In this document: positions 9,082 through 18,973 of the stretch, one piece after another | How the letters are laid out: every line of letters starts with the position of its first letter | Numbering within the stretch: position 1 is the stretch's first letter | Source of the DNA: an uncultured Lautropia sp. | GTDB taxonomy: Bacteria > Pseudomonadota > Gammaproteobacteria > Burkholderiales > Burkholderiaceae_E | Reading direction: 5' to 3' | Assembly: GCA_938046755.1 (NCBI GenBank) | Contig: CALIXC010000260.1 | Coordinates: forward strand, 1 to 49,664 | DNA: 49,664 nucleotides | Made by a program: the position numbers and the translations under genes | The notes under the pieces: model-generated | The model's input: the letters and a program-made list of their open reading frames with translations, nothing else | What the model was told of the DNA's origin: nothing | The model's database searches: none

Positions 9082-10725
9082 TCATTTCTGGAAGAAATGC
9101 AGGGACCAGGGCAGCACGTACGCCTGCAGCACCGTGAGCAGACCCACGAAGGCGCAGAAGATGAGGCTGTGCTTGACCGTGAAGCGGAACAGGTTCGATT
9201 CCTTGCCTTCCAGACCCACCGAGGCGCAGGCGATGGCGATGGACTGCGGCGAGATCATCTTGCCGGTGACGCCACCCGTGGTGTTGGCCGCCACGGTGAG
9301 TTCAGGCGTGACGCCGATCTGGTGTGCCGTGCTGGCCTGCAGCGAGCCGAACAGGGCGTTGGCCGAGGTGTCGGAACCGGTGAGGAAGACGCCAATCCAG
9401 CCCAGGAAGGGCGAGAAGAACGGGAAGGCCGCACCGGTGCCAGCCAGCACCAGGGCCAGCGTGGACGACAGGCCCGAGTAGTTGGCCACGAAGGCAAAGC
9501 CCAGCACCAGGCCGATGGAGAGGATGGACATGCGCAGTTCGAGCAGCGTCTCGAAGAAGGTCTTGATGACGTTGGGAATGCGCATGTGCAGCAGGGCGGC
9601 GGAGATGAGGGCGGCCAGCAGGATGGAGGTGCCGACGGCGCCGAGCAGGTTCAGCTTGAATTCTGCGGCGTAGGCCGTGGGTTCGGCCACGATCGGGGCA
9701 GCCTTCATGACCAGATTGTGCAGGCCGGGCCACTGGATCTTGATGGTGGCTGCGTCGAGCACGTTCTGCAGGCCCTTCAGCGTCCAGAGGCTGACGCAGA
9801 CGGTGAGGATGGCGAACGGCGACCAGGCCTTCAGGATCTGGCTCGTGGTGTATTCGGCCTCATGGCGCTTCGTGGGCTTCTTCATGCCGTCGAAGGTGAA
9901 GATCTCCTCGGGCTGCCACTTCTTCAGGAACAGCGACAGGCAGACCAGGCTGACCAGTGCGGAGGTGACATCGGGCAGTTCGGGGCCGATGAAGTTGGCG
10001 GTGAGGAACTGGGTGACGGCAAACGAGACGCCTGCCACCAGCACGGCGGGCCAGGTCTGGCGGATGCCGCGCATGCCGTCCATCATGGCCACCAGCCAGA
10101 AGGGCACGATGATGGAGAGGATGGGCAGCTGACGACCGGCTACCTGACCGATGTGATAGGGATCCAGTGCGGAAACCTTGCCGGCCACCAGGATGGGGAT
10201 ACCCATGGCGCCAAAGGCCACCGGAGCGGTATTGGCGATGAGGCACAGGCCGGCGGCGTAGAGCGGGTTGAAGCCCAGTCCCACCAGCAGCGAGGCGGTG
10301 ATGGCCACCGGTGCGCCAAAGCCTGCGGCGCCCTCCAGGAAGGCACCAAACGAAAAACCGACCAGCAGCATCTGCAGGCGTTGGTCTTCCGTGATGGAGA
10401 TGACCGATGCGCGGATGATGTTGAACTGGCCGGTCTTGACGGTGATCTTGTAGAGGAATACTGCCGTGATGATGATCCAGGCAATGGGCCATAGACCGTA
10501 GGCAAAGCCGTAGAGGGCGGAGGAGATGGCCATGCCGGCCGGCATGCCGAAGGCCAGGATGGCCACGCCCAGCGCGATCAGCAGGGTGCAGAAGCCTGCC
10601 ACGTAGCCTTTCATCTTCAGGACGGTGAGCGCGACAAAGAAGAAGATGATGGGTAGCAGCGCCACGGCGGCCGTCAGCATCAGGCTATCGCCAACGGCCG
10701 AATAGTTCTGGATCCACGTTTCCAT
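9082..10725 (-). CDS. lldP: L-lactate permease
   Basis: [51 protein letters not shown] motifs of the LctP family. Confidence 0.93.
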   Translation of the reverse strand: METWIQNYSAVGDSLMLTAAVALLPIIFFFVALTVLKMKGYVAGFCTLLIALGVAILAFGMPAGMAISSALYGFAYGLWPIAWIIITAVFLYKITVKTGQFNIIRASVISITEDQRLQMLLVGFSFGAFLEGAAGFGAPVAITASLLVGLGFNPLYAAGLCLIANTAPVAFGAMGIPILVAGKVSALDPYHIGQVAGRQLPILSIIVPFWLVAMMDGMRGIRQTWPAVLVAGVSFAVTQFLTANFIGPELPDVTSALVSLVCLSLFLKKWQPEEIFTFDGMKKPTKRHEAEYTTSQILKAWSPFAILTVCVSLWTLKGLQNVLDAATIKIQWPGLHNLVMKAAPIVAEPTAYAAEFKLNLLGAVGTSILLAALISAALLHMRIPNVIKTFFETLLELRMSILSIGLVLGFAFVANYSGLSSTLALVLAGTGAAFPFFSPFLGWIGVFLTGSDTSANALFGSLQASTAHQIGVTPELTVAANTTGGVTGKMISPQSIAIACASVGLEGKESNLFRFTVKHSLIFCAFVGLLTVLQAYVLPWSLHFFQK

Positions 10726-11090
10726 TGAAGGAATATCTCCGGGGTACGGGGTTGTGCGGCGTGGCGGGCATGGCCGGTTGGGCTGTTTCCCGAACTCGCG
10801 CCGTCAATGGGTTCGGGGGTCGGAAACCTGCTGTCGGGGCTGCGCATCCGGGTCAGTGGATGTCTCCTCAGGCTGTCCTTCTCCCGGGACTGGGTGCCGC
10901 TAATTTACAGAACCGGAGAAAGGCGAGCAATGAAACCCATTTATCGCTGTTCTATAAAATTTCCTTATGAATCAATGGTTAAGACATTCCGTTCTGATGT
11001 TCAGGGTTATCCCTAGTCAGAAATCCGGAGGCTGTCGGGGCTGGGGCACGATGACTTCATGGATGGATCGCGCTGCCTCATAATCGCGGG

Positions 11091-11906
11091 ATGCCTGCAG
11101 CCATCAATCTCGGTCCTCTTTCGTTGCCACTTTCGGTCCTGGTGCCGATGGTGGCGGTCTTTCTTGGTCTCTGGCTGGGCAACCGCCAGGTGAAGCGACA
11201 GGGTACGGCGCCGGTGGAGCCGTTCTTCTGGCGCATCGTGTTCTGGGCGCTGGCGGTGGCGCGGCTGGCCTATGTGCTGCGCCACCATGAGGCCTACCTG
11301 GAAGACCCGTGGACGGCGCTGGACGTGCGCGATGGCGGCTTCGATCCATGGGCCGGGTTGGTGTGGGCCTGGCTGCTGGCGTGGCGATATGGCTGGCGGG
11401 GGCCGGCACCGCGTCAGCCGCTGCTGGCGGCCATGGTGGGCATGACGGTGATCGGCGTGGCGGGGCTTCTAGCGTTGCAGAATGCAGCGACGCGGGTGCA
11501 GCCGTTGCCGGCATTGCAGCTGCAGACGCTGGATGGGCAGCCGGTGCCGCTACAGCGCTTCGGTGAGGGTCGCCCGGCCATCGTGAACCTGTGGGCCACG
11601 TGGTGTCCGCACTGCGTGCGGGAGATGCCGGTGCTGGCCGAGGCGCAGCGGCAGTATCCGGACCTGGACATCGTGTTTCTGGACCAGGGCGAGGACGGTG
11701 CGCGGGTGAGTCGCTTCCTGCAGCGACGCGGACTTGCGCTGGACAATGTGCTGCTGGATGCGAAGGGCGAGGTGGGCCGGCATTTCGGGCTGCGGGCGCT
11801 GCCGGCCACGCTGTTCTATGGCCGTGACGGGAGCCTGCAGGACATTCGCATCGGGGCGCTGTCCAAGGCGACATTGCAGGAGCGCATCGAGCGGCTTCGG
11901 CGCTGA
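11091..11906 (+). CDS. TlpA-family disulfide reductase with N-terminal Lgt-like membrane domain
   Basis: NLWATWCPHCVREMP thioredoxin motif; ARLAYV...DGGF membrane domain. CATAAT 6 nt before the ATG suggests a leaderless mRNA. Confidence 0.85.
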   Translation: MPAAINLGPLSLPLSVLVPMVAVFLGLWLGNRQVKRQGTAPVEPFFWRIVFWALAVARLAYVLRHHEAYLEDPWTALDVRDGGFDPWAGLVWAWLLAWRYGWRGPAPRQPLLAAMVGMTVIGVAGLLALQNAATRVQPLPALQLQTLDGQPVPLQRFGEGRPAIVNLWATWCPHCVREMPVLAEAQRQYPDLDIVFLDQGEDGARVSRFLQRRGLALDNVLLDAKGEVGRHFGLRALPATLFYGRDGSLQDIRIGALSKATLQERIERLRR

Positions 11907-11923
11907 ATCGGTGGCTGGCTGTG

Positions 11924-12598
11924 TCAGCCGCCCGATTCCGGTGCTTCCGAGCGATTGGTGTGGCGCTCCAGCCGGGCCTGCAGGGCAGACAGGATGCTGG
12001 CGATGGCCCAGTAGATGAGGGCGGCGCTGATGTACATCGCAAACACCTCGAAGGTGCGGGCCGTGATGAGCTGGGACTGACGCAGCAGCTCCGGCACCTG
12101 GATGGTGGCGGCCAGCGAGGTGTCTTTCACCAGGGCGATGAAGCTGTTGCCCAGCGGCGGCAGGGCCGTGCGGGCGGCCTGGGGCACGATGATGCGACGC
12201 AGGGTCTGGCGGCGATTCATGCCCAGGCTGGCGGCGGCCTCCCACTGGCCGGCATCGATCTGGGCGATGGCGGCGCGCAGCGTCTCGCAGGTGTAGGCGG
12301 CCGTGTTGAGCGAGAACCCGACGATGGCGGCGGGCAGGGGATCAAGCTGCAGGCCGATCTCGGGCAGGCCGTAGTAGATGATGAAGAGCTGCACCAGCAG
12401 CGGCGTGCCACGAAAGAACGAGACGTAGAAGCGCACCAGCCACTGGATGGGACGGCGCGCATACAGCCGACCCAGGGCCAGCAGAAATCCCAGCAGCAGG
12501 CCGAAGAACATGCCACCCAGGCTGAGCAGCACGGTGAAGCGTGCGCCGCTCAGCAGATCGGGCAGGGATTCGAGGACGAGAGACAGGGTTTCGGACAT
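11924..12598 (-). CDS. Polar amino-acid (cystine) ABC transporter permease, YecS/TcyL-like
   Basis: FRGTPLLVQL, GQWEAAASLGM (EAA loop), LVKDTSLA. Confidence 0.88.
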   Translation of the reverse strand: MSETLSLVLESLPDLLSGARFTVLLSLGGMFFGLLLGFLLALGRLYARRPIQWLVRFYVSFFRGTPLLVQLFIIYYGLPEIGLQLDPLPAAIVGFSLNTAAYTCETLRAAIAQIDAGQWEAAASLGMNRRQTLRRIIVPQAARTALPPLGNSFIALVKDTSLAATIQVPELLRQSQLITARTFEVFAMYISAALIYWAIASILSALQARLERHTNRSEAPESGG

Positions 12599-12611
12599 GC
12601 CGGGGGGCGGG

Positions 12612-13427
12612 TCAGCGTGCGTTGGTCACGTCGGTGTCGAACCACTTGTTGGACAGCTTGGTCAGGGTGCCGTCGGCACGCAGCTTCTCCAGCGCCTGGT
12701 CGATGGCCTGGTGCAGGCTTTCATCGGACTTGCGGGTGGGAATGCCGGAGGTCTGGCGCGAGAAGGCCGGGCCACCCAGGGCAAAGCGGTTCTTGCTCTG
12801 CTTGACCTGGTAGAGCGCGGCCAGCCGGTCCACCAGCACGGCATCCAGGCGGCCCACGGCCAGGTCCTGGTTCTTGGTGGGGTCGTCTTCGTAGGTGCGC
12901 ACTTCAGCCGATGGCACGGTGCGACGGGCCCATTCCTCGTAGCTGGTGCCCAGACCCACGCCCACTTTCTTGCCGGCCAGCGCGTTGGGGGATTGCAGCG
13001 TGTCCGCATCCTTCGCGCGGGTGACAGCCTGGATGCCCGAGACGGTGTAGGGCTGGCTGAAGCGGTATTTCTTCTGGCGTGCGTCGGTGATGGTGACCTG
13101 GTTGATGATCACGTCGATGCGGCCGGAGTCCAGGGCGGCCAGCAGGCCGTCCCACTTGGTGGGCTGGAACTGCGCCTTCACGCCCAGGGTCTCGGCCAGG
13201 GCATTGCCCAGGTCGATCTCGAAGCCGACGAACTGGCCTTTCTCGTCCTGGTAATTGAAGGGCGGATAGGTGCCCTCGATGCCGATGCGCAGCGTGCCGC
13301 GCTGCTGGATGGCGTTCAGGGCGTCGTCGGCCGCTGAGGCGGGCGGCGCGGCAGCCAGCAGAGTGGTGCCGGCCAGCAAGGCGGAGGCGCTCGCCAGCAG
13401 GCGGCGGCGCAGGACGTCAGGTTTCAT
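12612..13427 (-). CDS. Cystine ABC transporter substrate-binding protein, FliY/TcyJ-like
   Basis: GIEGTYPPFN, KWDGLLAALDSGRIDVIINQV, PYTVSG, KVGVGLGTSYE; signal peptide containing RRR. ATG 13427 preferred. Confidence 0.88.
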   Translation of the reverse strand: MKPDVLRRRLLASASALLAGTTLLAAAPPASAADDALNAIQQRGTLRIGIEGTYPPFNYQDEKGQFVGFEIDLGNALAETLGVKAQFQPTKWDGLLAALDSGRIDVIINQVTITDARQKKYRFSQPYTVSGIQAVTRAKDADTLQSPNALAGKKVGVGLGTSYEEWARRTVPSAEVRTYEDDPTKNQDLAVGRLDAVLVDRLAALYQVKQSKNRFALGGPAFSRQTSGIPTRKSDESLHQAIDQALEKLRADGTLTKLSNKWFDTDVTNAR

Positions 13428-13496
13428 GGTGGAGTTTCCGGGAATGGGTTTTGGGGGAGGGCTGCATGCTTGCAGAGGTCGGCGCATTTGCATGGG

Positions 13497-14555
13497 TCAG
13501 CGTACCCGCACGCGGCCCGGACCGGCTTCCAGGTGTCCGATGGCGGTGGCCTGCGCGAAGCCAAACCGGTTGAAGCACTTCAGCACGTCGTCGGCCGCTT
13601 CGGGGGCGCAGGCCACCAGCAGCCCGCCGGCTGTCTGCGGGTCGGTCAGCAGGTCCTGCAGGAAGGGCGGTGCATCGGGGGTCATGTCGACATCGGCGCC
13701 ATAGGAAGCCCAGTTGCGGCTCGATGCTCCCGTACGGATGCCGGCCGAGGCCAGGTCGATGACATCCTTCAGAAAAGGCACGGCGCGCCCGTTGATGCGG
13801 GCCGTCAGGCCCGAACCCCGGGCCATTTCCAGCGTGTGGCCCAGCAGGCCGAAGCCGGTGACATCGGTCATGGCATGCACGCCGGGCAGACGCGCCAGCT
13901 CGGGGCCGGGCCGGTTGAGCCGCGTGGTGGCGTCGATCATCGTGGCATAGTCGCTTTCGTCGAGCTGGCCTTTCTTGAGGGCGGCCGAATAGATGCCCAC
14001 GCCCAGCGGCTTGCCGAGAATGAGGACATCGCCTGCCTGGGCACCGCTGTTGCGCTTGAGATCCTTCGGATCGACCGTGCCGATGGCCACCAGGCCGTAG
14101 ATGGGTTCCACCGAGTCGATGGAGTGGCCGCCCGCCAGGGGCACGCCGGCGTCACGGCAGACTGACTGACCGCCTTCCAGGATGCGGGCGATGACATCGT
14201 GCGGCAGCACGTTGATGGGCATGCCGACGACGGCCAGCGCCATGATGGGCTGCCCCCCCATGGCGTAGACATCGGACAGTGCGTTGGTGGCCGCAATCCG
14301 CCCGAAGTCGTAGGGGTCGTCGACGATGGGCATGAAGAAATCGGTGGTGGCCACGATGGCCTGGTGCTCGTTGATGCGGTAGACGGCGGCATCATCGGCA
14401 GTTTCGGAGCCCACCAGCAGGTCGGGGAACAGCTGGGGCGGCACGCTGCTTCTGGCCAGCAGGTCAGTCAGCACGCCCGGGGCGATCTTGCAGCCGCAGC
14501 CGCCGCCGTGCGAGAGAGAGGTGAGGCGCGGGGTGTCGGGGGTGGAAGCGGTCAT
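13497..14555 (-). CDS. selD: Selenide, water dikinase (Cys-containing form)
   Basis: SHGGGCGCKI, DDAAVY, TTDFFMPIVDDP, NALSDVYAMGG, GGHSI, TDVTGFGLLGH, DPQTAGGLL. Confidence 0.95.
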   Translation of the reverse strand: MTASTPDTPRLTSLSHGGGCGCKIAPGVLTDLLARSSVPPQLFPDLLVGSETADDAAVYRINEHQAIVATTDFFMPIVDDPYDFGRIAATNALSDVYAMGGQPIMALAVVGMPINVLPHDVIARILEGGQSVCRDAGVPLAGGHSIDSVEPIYGLVAIGTVDPKDLKRNSGAQAGDVLILGKPLGVGIYSAALKKGQLDESDYATMIDATTRLNRPGPELARLPGVHAMTDVTGFGLLGHTLEMARGSGLTARINGRAVPFLKDVIDLASAGIRTGASSRNWASYGADVDMTPDAPPFLQDLLTDPQTAGGLLVACAPEAADDVLKCFNRFGFAQATAIGHLEAGPGRVRVR

Positions 14556-14884
14556 GGCATGTGTCCTGGTTGACAGGGGATATGCTCATTCTATAGCGCG
14601 CGCCTGGGGAGGCGCGGGCTCCATCCGGATGTTTATGCGGACGGTCTGTCGGATGGGCGGGTATGGCCGTGACAGCGCTCTCCATTCTAGGAATCCTTGA
14701 ATCGTTGATGCCTGCCGACCTAGTGCATCAGGCGGCTGTGACTGAGCTGTCAGGCTATCACCGAGCTGTCTGCGGTGAGGGTGCGGTCAGTGCGTCTGGT
14801 GGTGTTGCCGCTGGGGCTTGTTCCGATTTCTCGGGCAGCCGTGGAACATGATGGTGATCGCTGGTGTGGCGAGGGGGGATGCAC

Positions 14885-15796
14885 TCAGATCAGAATGCTG
14901 TCGATGACTTCCGGCCGGGGGGTGCGGGGCGGTTCGTGGATCATTTCCAGTAGCGATGTCTCCACTTGATGGGAAAGCGCCTGCAGGGGCAGGTCGTTGG
15001 GGTCGCGGCCGAAGGGGTTTTCCAGTTCGGCGCCCAGGGCTTCCAGGGCCAGGAAGGTGTAGGCGATGAAGCAGACGATGACCGGGGTCATCAGGCCGAT
15101 GCCGTCGAGCAGGCCGAAGGGCAGCCAGAAGCAGTACAGGTAGGCGCAGCGGTGGATGATGACCGAGTAGGGGAAGGGCAGCGGGGTGTCGGCGATGCGT
15201 TCGCAGCCGGACAGGGCGGTGCTCAGTTCATGCAGGTTGCGCTCGAAGGCGGTGGCGATGGGCGGGGTGACCTCCCCGGCCTTCAGGCGTTCGCCCAGCC
15301 ATTCGCTGGCCAGCAGCAGGGCCATGGCGGGCCGGTGTTCGGCCTGCAGCACACGTTGGCTGTCGGCTTCGTCCAGGAACAGGTGGATGTCGGTGCTGGG
15401 GTCGGTGCGGGCCAGCTGGTGCTTCAGCAGGTGGGCGAAGGCGCACAGATGCAGGATCATCGGCCGGGCAAGCGGCCGGTTGCTGGACAGGGTGAGTGCC
15501 TGGCGGCCGAGTGATCGGGTGGCGGCCAGGACCTGTCCCCACAGGGTGCGGGCTTCCCAGTAGCGGGCGTAGCTGGTGCTGTTGCGAAAGCCCAGGAAGA
15601 TGGCCAGCGACACGCCGATGAGGGAGAAGGGCACGAAGTTGAGTGAGACCTTCCAGTCCAGGATCTGGCCATGCAGTGCCGTGACCAGCGTGGCAAACAG
15701 CGTGATGATGATGAGCTGCGGGCTGATGGTGGGCAGGATGGAGCCGCGCAGCACGAAGAGCATGCGCAGCCAATGAGGGCGGGAGCGGACGATCAT
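14885..15796 (-). CDS. Bestrophin-family anion channel (YneE-like)
   Basis: IFLGFRNSTSYARYWEARTLWG, CERIADTPLPFPY, ELENPFG.DPNDLPL. Confidence 0.9.
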   Translation of the reverse strand: MIVRSRPHWLRMLFVLRGSILPTISPQLIIITLFATLVTALHGQILDWKVSLNFVPFSLIGVSLAIFLGFRNSTSYARYWEARTLWGQVLAATRSLGRQALTLSSNRPLARPMILHLCAFAHLLKHQLARTDPSTDIHLFLDEADSQRVLQAEHRPAMALLLASEWLGERLKAGEVTPPIATAFERNLHELSTALSGCERIADTPLPFPYSVIIHRCAYLYCFWLPFGLLDGIGLMTPVIVCFIAYTFLALEALGAELENPFGRDPNDLPLQALSHQVETSLLEMIHEPPRTPRPEVIDSILI

Positions 15797-16084
15797 GGCG
15801 CAGGGGCAGGTCGGAGCAGGTCCGTGCTGGAGTCGTGTTCACCCGGGGTGGTGGTCGCGCAGACCTGCACGGCGTTTGCCGGGGGCGAAGGGCAGGATTC
15901 TACGTGCCGCTGATGGGCGGCTGGGGCGCGGGCTGACGGAAGGAGACGCTGGCCGGCTTTCCCGTATGATTGTGGGATCACGGGCAAGGCGTTCGTGGGG
16001 CCTGACCGGTTGCGTGACCGCGGCTGGACGGTTTCCTGGCCTTGCCATCGGAGCATTCTTGGCCATTCTTTCAGAGGAGCGTCG

Positions 16085-16624
16085 ATGAGACGGATGAGAA
16101 AGGCGTGGGGATACCGGTCGGTGCTGGCCGGGTTGGCTGTGGGCCTGATGATGACGGGAGGATCTGTGATGGCGGCCGATGAGGCAATGCCGGCGGCGGG
16201 ACAGGCTGCCGGGCAGGGCGGGGCGGCGGCTCCGGCCCAGGTGGATGGGCTTCTGACGATCCGGAGCCGGTATTCGGTGTCTGATTCGATCAAGCGGGTG
16301 CAGGAGGCACTGCTGGCCAAGGGGCTGACGGTGTTCACCGTCATCGATCACCAGAAGGCGGCGCAGCAGCATTCGCTGGAGATGCCGGCCGCCAGCGTGA
16401 TCGTTTTTGGCAATCCCAAGGTGGGCACGCCGATGATGGTGCAGTCGCCGACGCTGGCGATCGACCTGCCGTCGAAGGTGCTGGTGTGGGAAGACAGTCA
16501 GGGCAACGTGTATGCGTCGATGAACACGGCGGCGTGGCTGGCGCAGCGTCATCATCTGTCACCCGAGGTTCTGGCACCGCTAGCCGGGCTGGAGAAGCTG
16601 ATTCCGGCCACGCTGGGACAGTGA
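16085..16624 (+). CDS. DUF302-domain protein, probably secreted
   Basis: VFTVIDH, IVFGNPKVGTPMM, AIDLPSKVLVWED; GAGGAG RBS before ATG 16085; signal-peptide-like N-terminus. Confidence 0.85.
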   Translation: MRRMRKAWGYRSVLAGLAVGLMMTGGSVMAADEAMPAAGQAAGQGGAAAPAQVDGLLTIRSRYSVSDSIKRVQEALLAKGLTVFTVIDHQKAAQQHSLEMPAASVIVFGNPKVGTPMMVQSPTLAIDLPSKVLVWEDSQGNVYASMNTAAWLAQRHHLSPEVLAPLAGLEKLIPATLGQ

Positions 16625-16690
16625 GGGCGTGATCCGAAGCGTCCCGTGAGCGGCCTCATCGGGCCGTCATGGGGCCGGGCAGGTGCCCGG

Positions 16691-16729
16691 AAAAGAAAAC
16701 CGGATCCGGCACGCGGTGTGCACGGATCC
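16691..16729 (-). terminator. Rho-independent terminator
   Basis: Minus strand GGATCCGTGCAC-loop-GTGCCGGATCC then GGTTTTCTTTT. Confidence 0.6.
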
Positions 16730-16837
16730 AGTTCTGGGTGTGGCCTGAATCGGGGGGCCTGCATGGGCCGGGGACTGCGTCCCCGGCCGTTCCGTGGTGG
16801 CCACGGTAGCCGGGCCTTGATGAAGGCAGATGGTGGA

Positions 16838-17373
16838 CTAAGCCGCCCCCTGGATGAAGGTGCTCTCGATGAGCCAGACCGTGTAGCCGATGTAGCCGGC
16901 CAGCAGCAGGCACCCTTCCAGCCGGTTGATGCGCCCCGGGCGGGACTTGCCGAAGTTGTAGCCCAGGACGAACAGCGCCAGGGTCAGCACGCACATGACC
17001 GGGATGTCGCGGCTCAGCAGTTGGGTTTCAACGGACATGGGCTGGATGACGGCTGCCAGGCCAACGACGCCCAGGGTGTTGAAGAGGTTGGAGCCGATGA
17101 CGTTGCCCAGCGCCAGGTCGATGGCCAGCCAGAAGATGATGGGGCGGATGGCGGCGGCCTCGTCGTCGAGGGAGGGGCGGTGGCGCCTTCCTGCGTGGCG
17201 GGGCCGCCGGCAGATGGGCCTTCTGCTCGGCGCGCACTGTCCAGCCCACCAGCGCGGCCAGCATGCCGATCAGTATCGGGGGCACCTTGAAGTAGCTGGC
17301 CGTTCGTGCGGCCCCGTCGACGAACCGGTCTGCGCTCCAGACCAGCATGACGAGGCCGCAGAGCCAGGATCAT
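16838..17373 (-). pseudogene. Calcium/sodium antiporter (YrbG-like) pseudogene
   Basis: Fragments in three frames: MILAL / CGLVMLVWSADRFVDGAARTASYFKVPPILIGM / IFWLAIDLALGNVIGSNLFNTLGVVG...GRINRLEG. About 0.54 kb, far shorter than intact members; both GTSxPE motifs are absent. Confidence 0.85.
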
Positions 17374-18704
17374 GCCTTGATGACCTGCTCTTCGCGCTTG
17401 GCCAGGATCAGGTAGCCGATGGCGGCAAAGACCGACAGGCCTGCCACCACGACATAGGACCAGAACCAGCCGAAGTTGTCAGCCAGGATGGGCATGACCC
17501 AGTTGGCGCCCATGTTGCCGATGAGATAGGCGGTGACGCCCACGAAGCCGATGGCGGTGCCGGCGACGTTGAGCGGTACGAAGTTGATGGTCAGGATGTT
17601 GACGATGAGCTGAGGCCCGTAGATGAGGGCGCCGAGGATGCCGCAGACCACCAGCATGAGCGCGTAGTTGGGCGCACCCGATGCCGTGATGGTCTCATAG
17701 ACGAAGACGATGCCAGCCATGATGAACAGGCCGATGGCACCGATGCGGGCCATCTTGTTGGGGTACTTGGCAGCCAGCCAGGCAAACAGCAGTGAGCCGG
17801 GGATGGCGACCCATTCCAGCGTGGAGATGGCCATCTGGGCATGGGCGTCTTCCATCTTGGCCACTTCGTGCAGGTAGATGGGCATCCAGTCCTCGACGCC
17901 GAAGCGGATGAAGTAGAGCGCCACGTTGACGGAGGCCACCAGCAGCAGCGCCGGATTGCAGAACACGTATCTCCAGATGAGCTGCCAGTAGGTGAGGCTG
18001 CTCTTTTCTTCTTCGCTGGCCACGTTGGATTCACCGGCTTCGCCGTACATGGTGCGCAGCGAGTCCAGGTCTTCGGCTTCGGGCTTGTCGCCGCCATGCT
18101 TCCAGCAGAAGACGGCCACGGCCAGCACCAGCACGGCGGGCACGACGAAGGCGTACAGTACGTCGCCCGTTTTGGGCATGATCCAGCCCAGCGTGGTCAT
18201 GAAGGCGATCGTCATGGGCAGCATGGCCGAGCCCAGGTTCTGCGAGATGTTCCAGCCCGCGATGGCCGCCCCGCGCGTGCGATTGGGGAAGTAGTTGGCG
18301 ATCATGTTCTGCGAGGCGGGGGCCAGTGCGCCCTGCACGACGCCGCACAGTACCAGCAGCACGGCCAGGGCCGCGATGGAGGTGTGATAGAAGCCGATGA
18401 TGATGCAGATGACCGCGCTGGCGGCCAGGCAGGTGGCGAAGAGCTTGCGCAGGCTCATCTTGTCGCCCAGGGCGCCCATGTAGAACTTGGCCAGGCCGTA
18501 GGAGACGGTCAGGCATGACAGCAGCATGGCGATGTCGTCCTTGTTCCAGTCATTGGCCACCATGATGGACTTGGACATGAGCTTGAAGTTGTTGCGCACC
18601 AGATAGGCGCAGACATAGCCCAGGAAGGCGACGATGAAGACCATCCGTTGCCGTTTCAGGAAGGCCGTGAACTTCTCGGGTGGCGTCTTGTACTCAGTTT
18701 CCAT
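17370..18704 (-). CDS. MFS organophosphate:Pi antiporter (GlpT/UhpT/PgtP family)
   Basis: GYVCAYLVRNNF, YGLAKF.MG.L.DK, RG...WNISQNLG, LYFIRFG..DW.P.YL, IYGPQ, AGTA.GFVG. ATG 18704 preferred. Confidence 0.88.
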   Translation of the reverse strand: METEYKTPPEKFTAFLKRQRMVFIVAFLGYVCAYLVRNNFKLMSKSIMVANDWNKDDIAMLLSCLTVSYGLAKFYMGALGDKMSLRKLFATCLAASAVICIIIGFYHTSIAALAVLLVLCGVVQGALAPASQNMIANYFPNRTRGAAIAGWNISQNLGSAMLPMTIAFMTTLGWIMPKTGDVLYAFVVPAVLVLAVAVFCWKHGGDKPEAEDLDSLRTMYGEAGESNVASEEEKSSLTYWQLIWRYVFCNPALLLVASVNVALYFIRFGVEDWMPIYLHEVAKMEDAHAQMAISTLEWVAIPGSLLFAWLAAKYPNKMARIGAIGLFIMAGIVFVYETITASGAPNYALMLVVCGILGALIYGPQLIVNILTINFVPLNVAGTAIGFVGVTAYLIGNMGANWVMPILADNFGWFWSYVVVAGLSVFAAIGYLILAKREEQVIKA

Positions 18705-18892
18705 GCTGTTGTCCCTTGGGTGGAGTGTGGCGGCCATTGCGGGCCGGGCTGCAGGCGGTGTTGCCGGCAGGGCCCGGGTCCGTGATCCGTGTGCAGAGGT
18801 GTCTGCCAGGGGTGCGGACCCGAGCCTGCCGGGGCGCGGCGGGCTCCGGCTGCAAGGCCCGTTGCTGCGCCCCCTTATTATCTCCTGCCCAC

Positions 18893-18919
18893 AAAAAAGC
18901 CAACCCGCAAAGGGTTGGC
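18893..18919 (-). terminator. Rho-independent terminator of fruBKA
   Basis: Minus strand GCCAACCC-TTTGC-GGGTTGGC-TTTTTT. Confidence 0.85.
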
Positions 18920-18973
18920 CTTGGGTGGGGAACCTGATAGGTGACGTCTCGTTCCCGATGCGGCTCTGGCGGT

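Noticed and set aside
13497..14555. Possible selenocysteine recoding in selD or neighbouring redox genes
   Set aside because: selD, TlpA and ArsC all have ordinary Cys codons; no in-frame TGA extension or tRNA-Sec was seen.
16691..16806. Cluster of three GC-rich hairpins
   Set aside because: Explained as terminators between convergent genes; no repeat-spacer periodicity.
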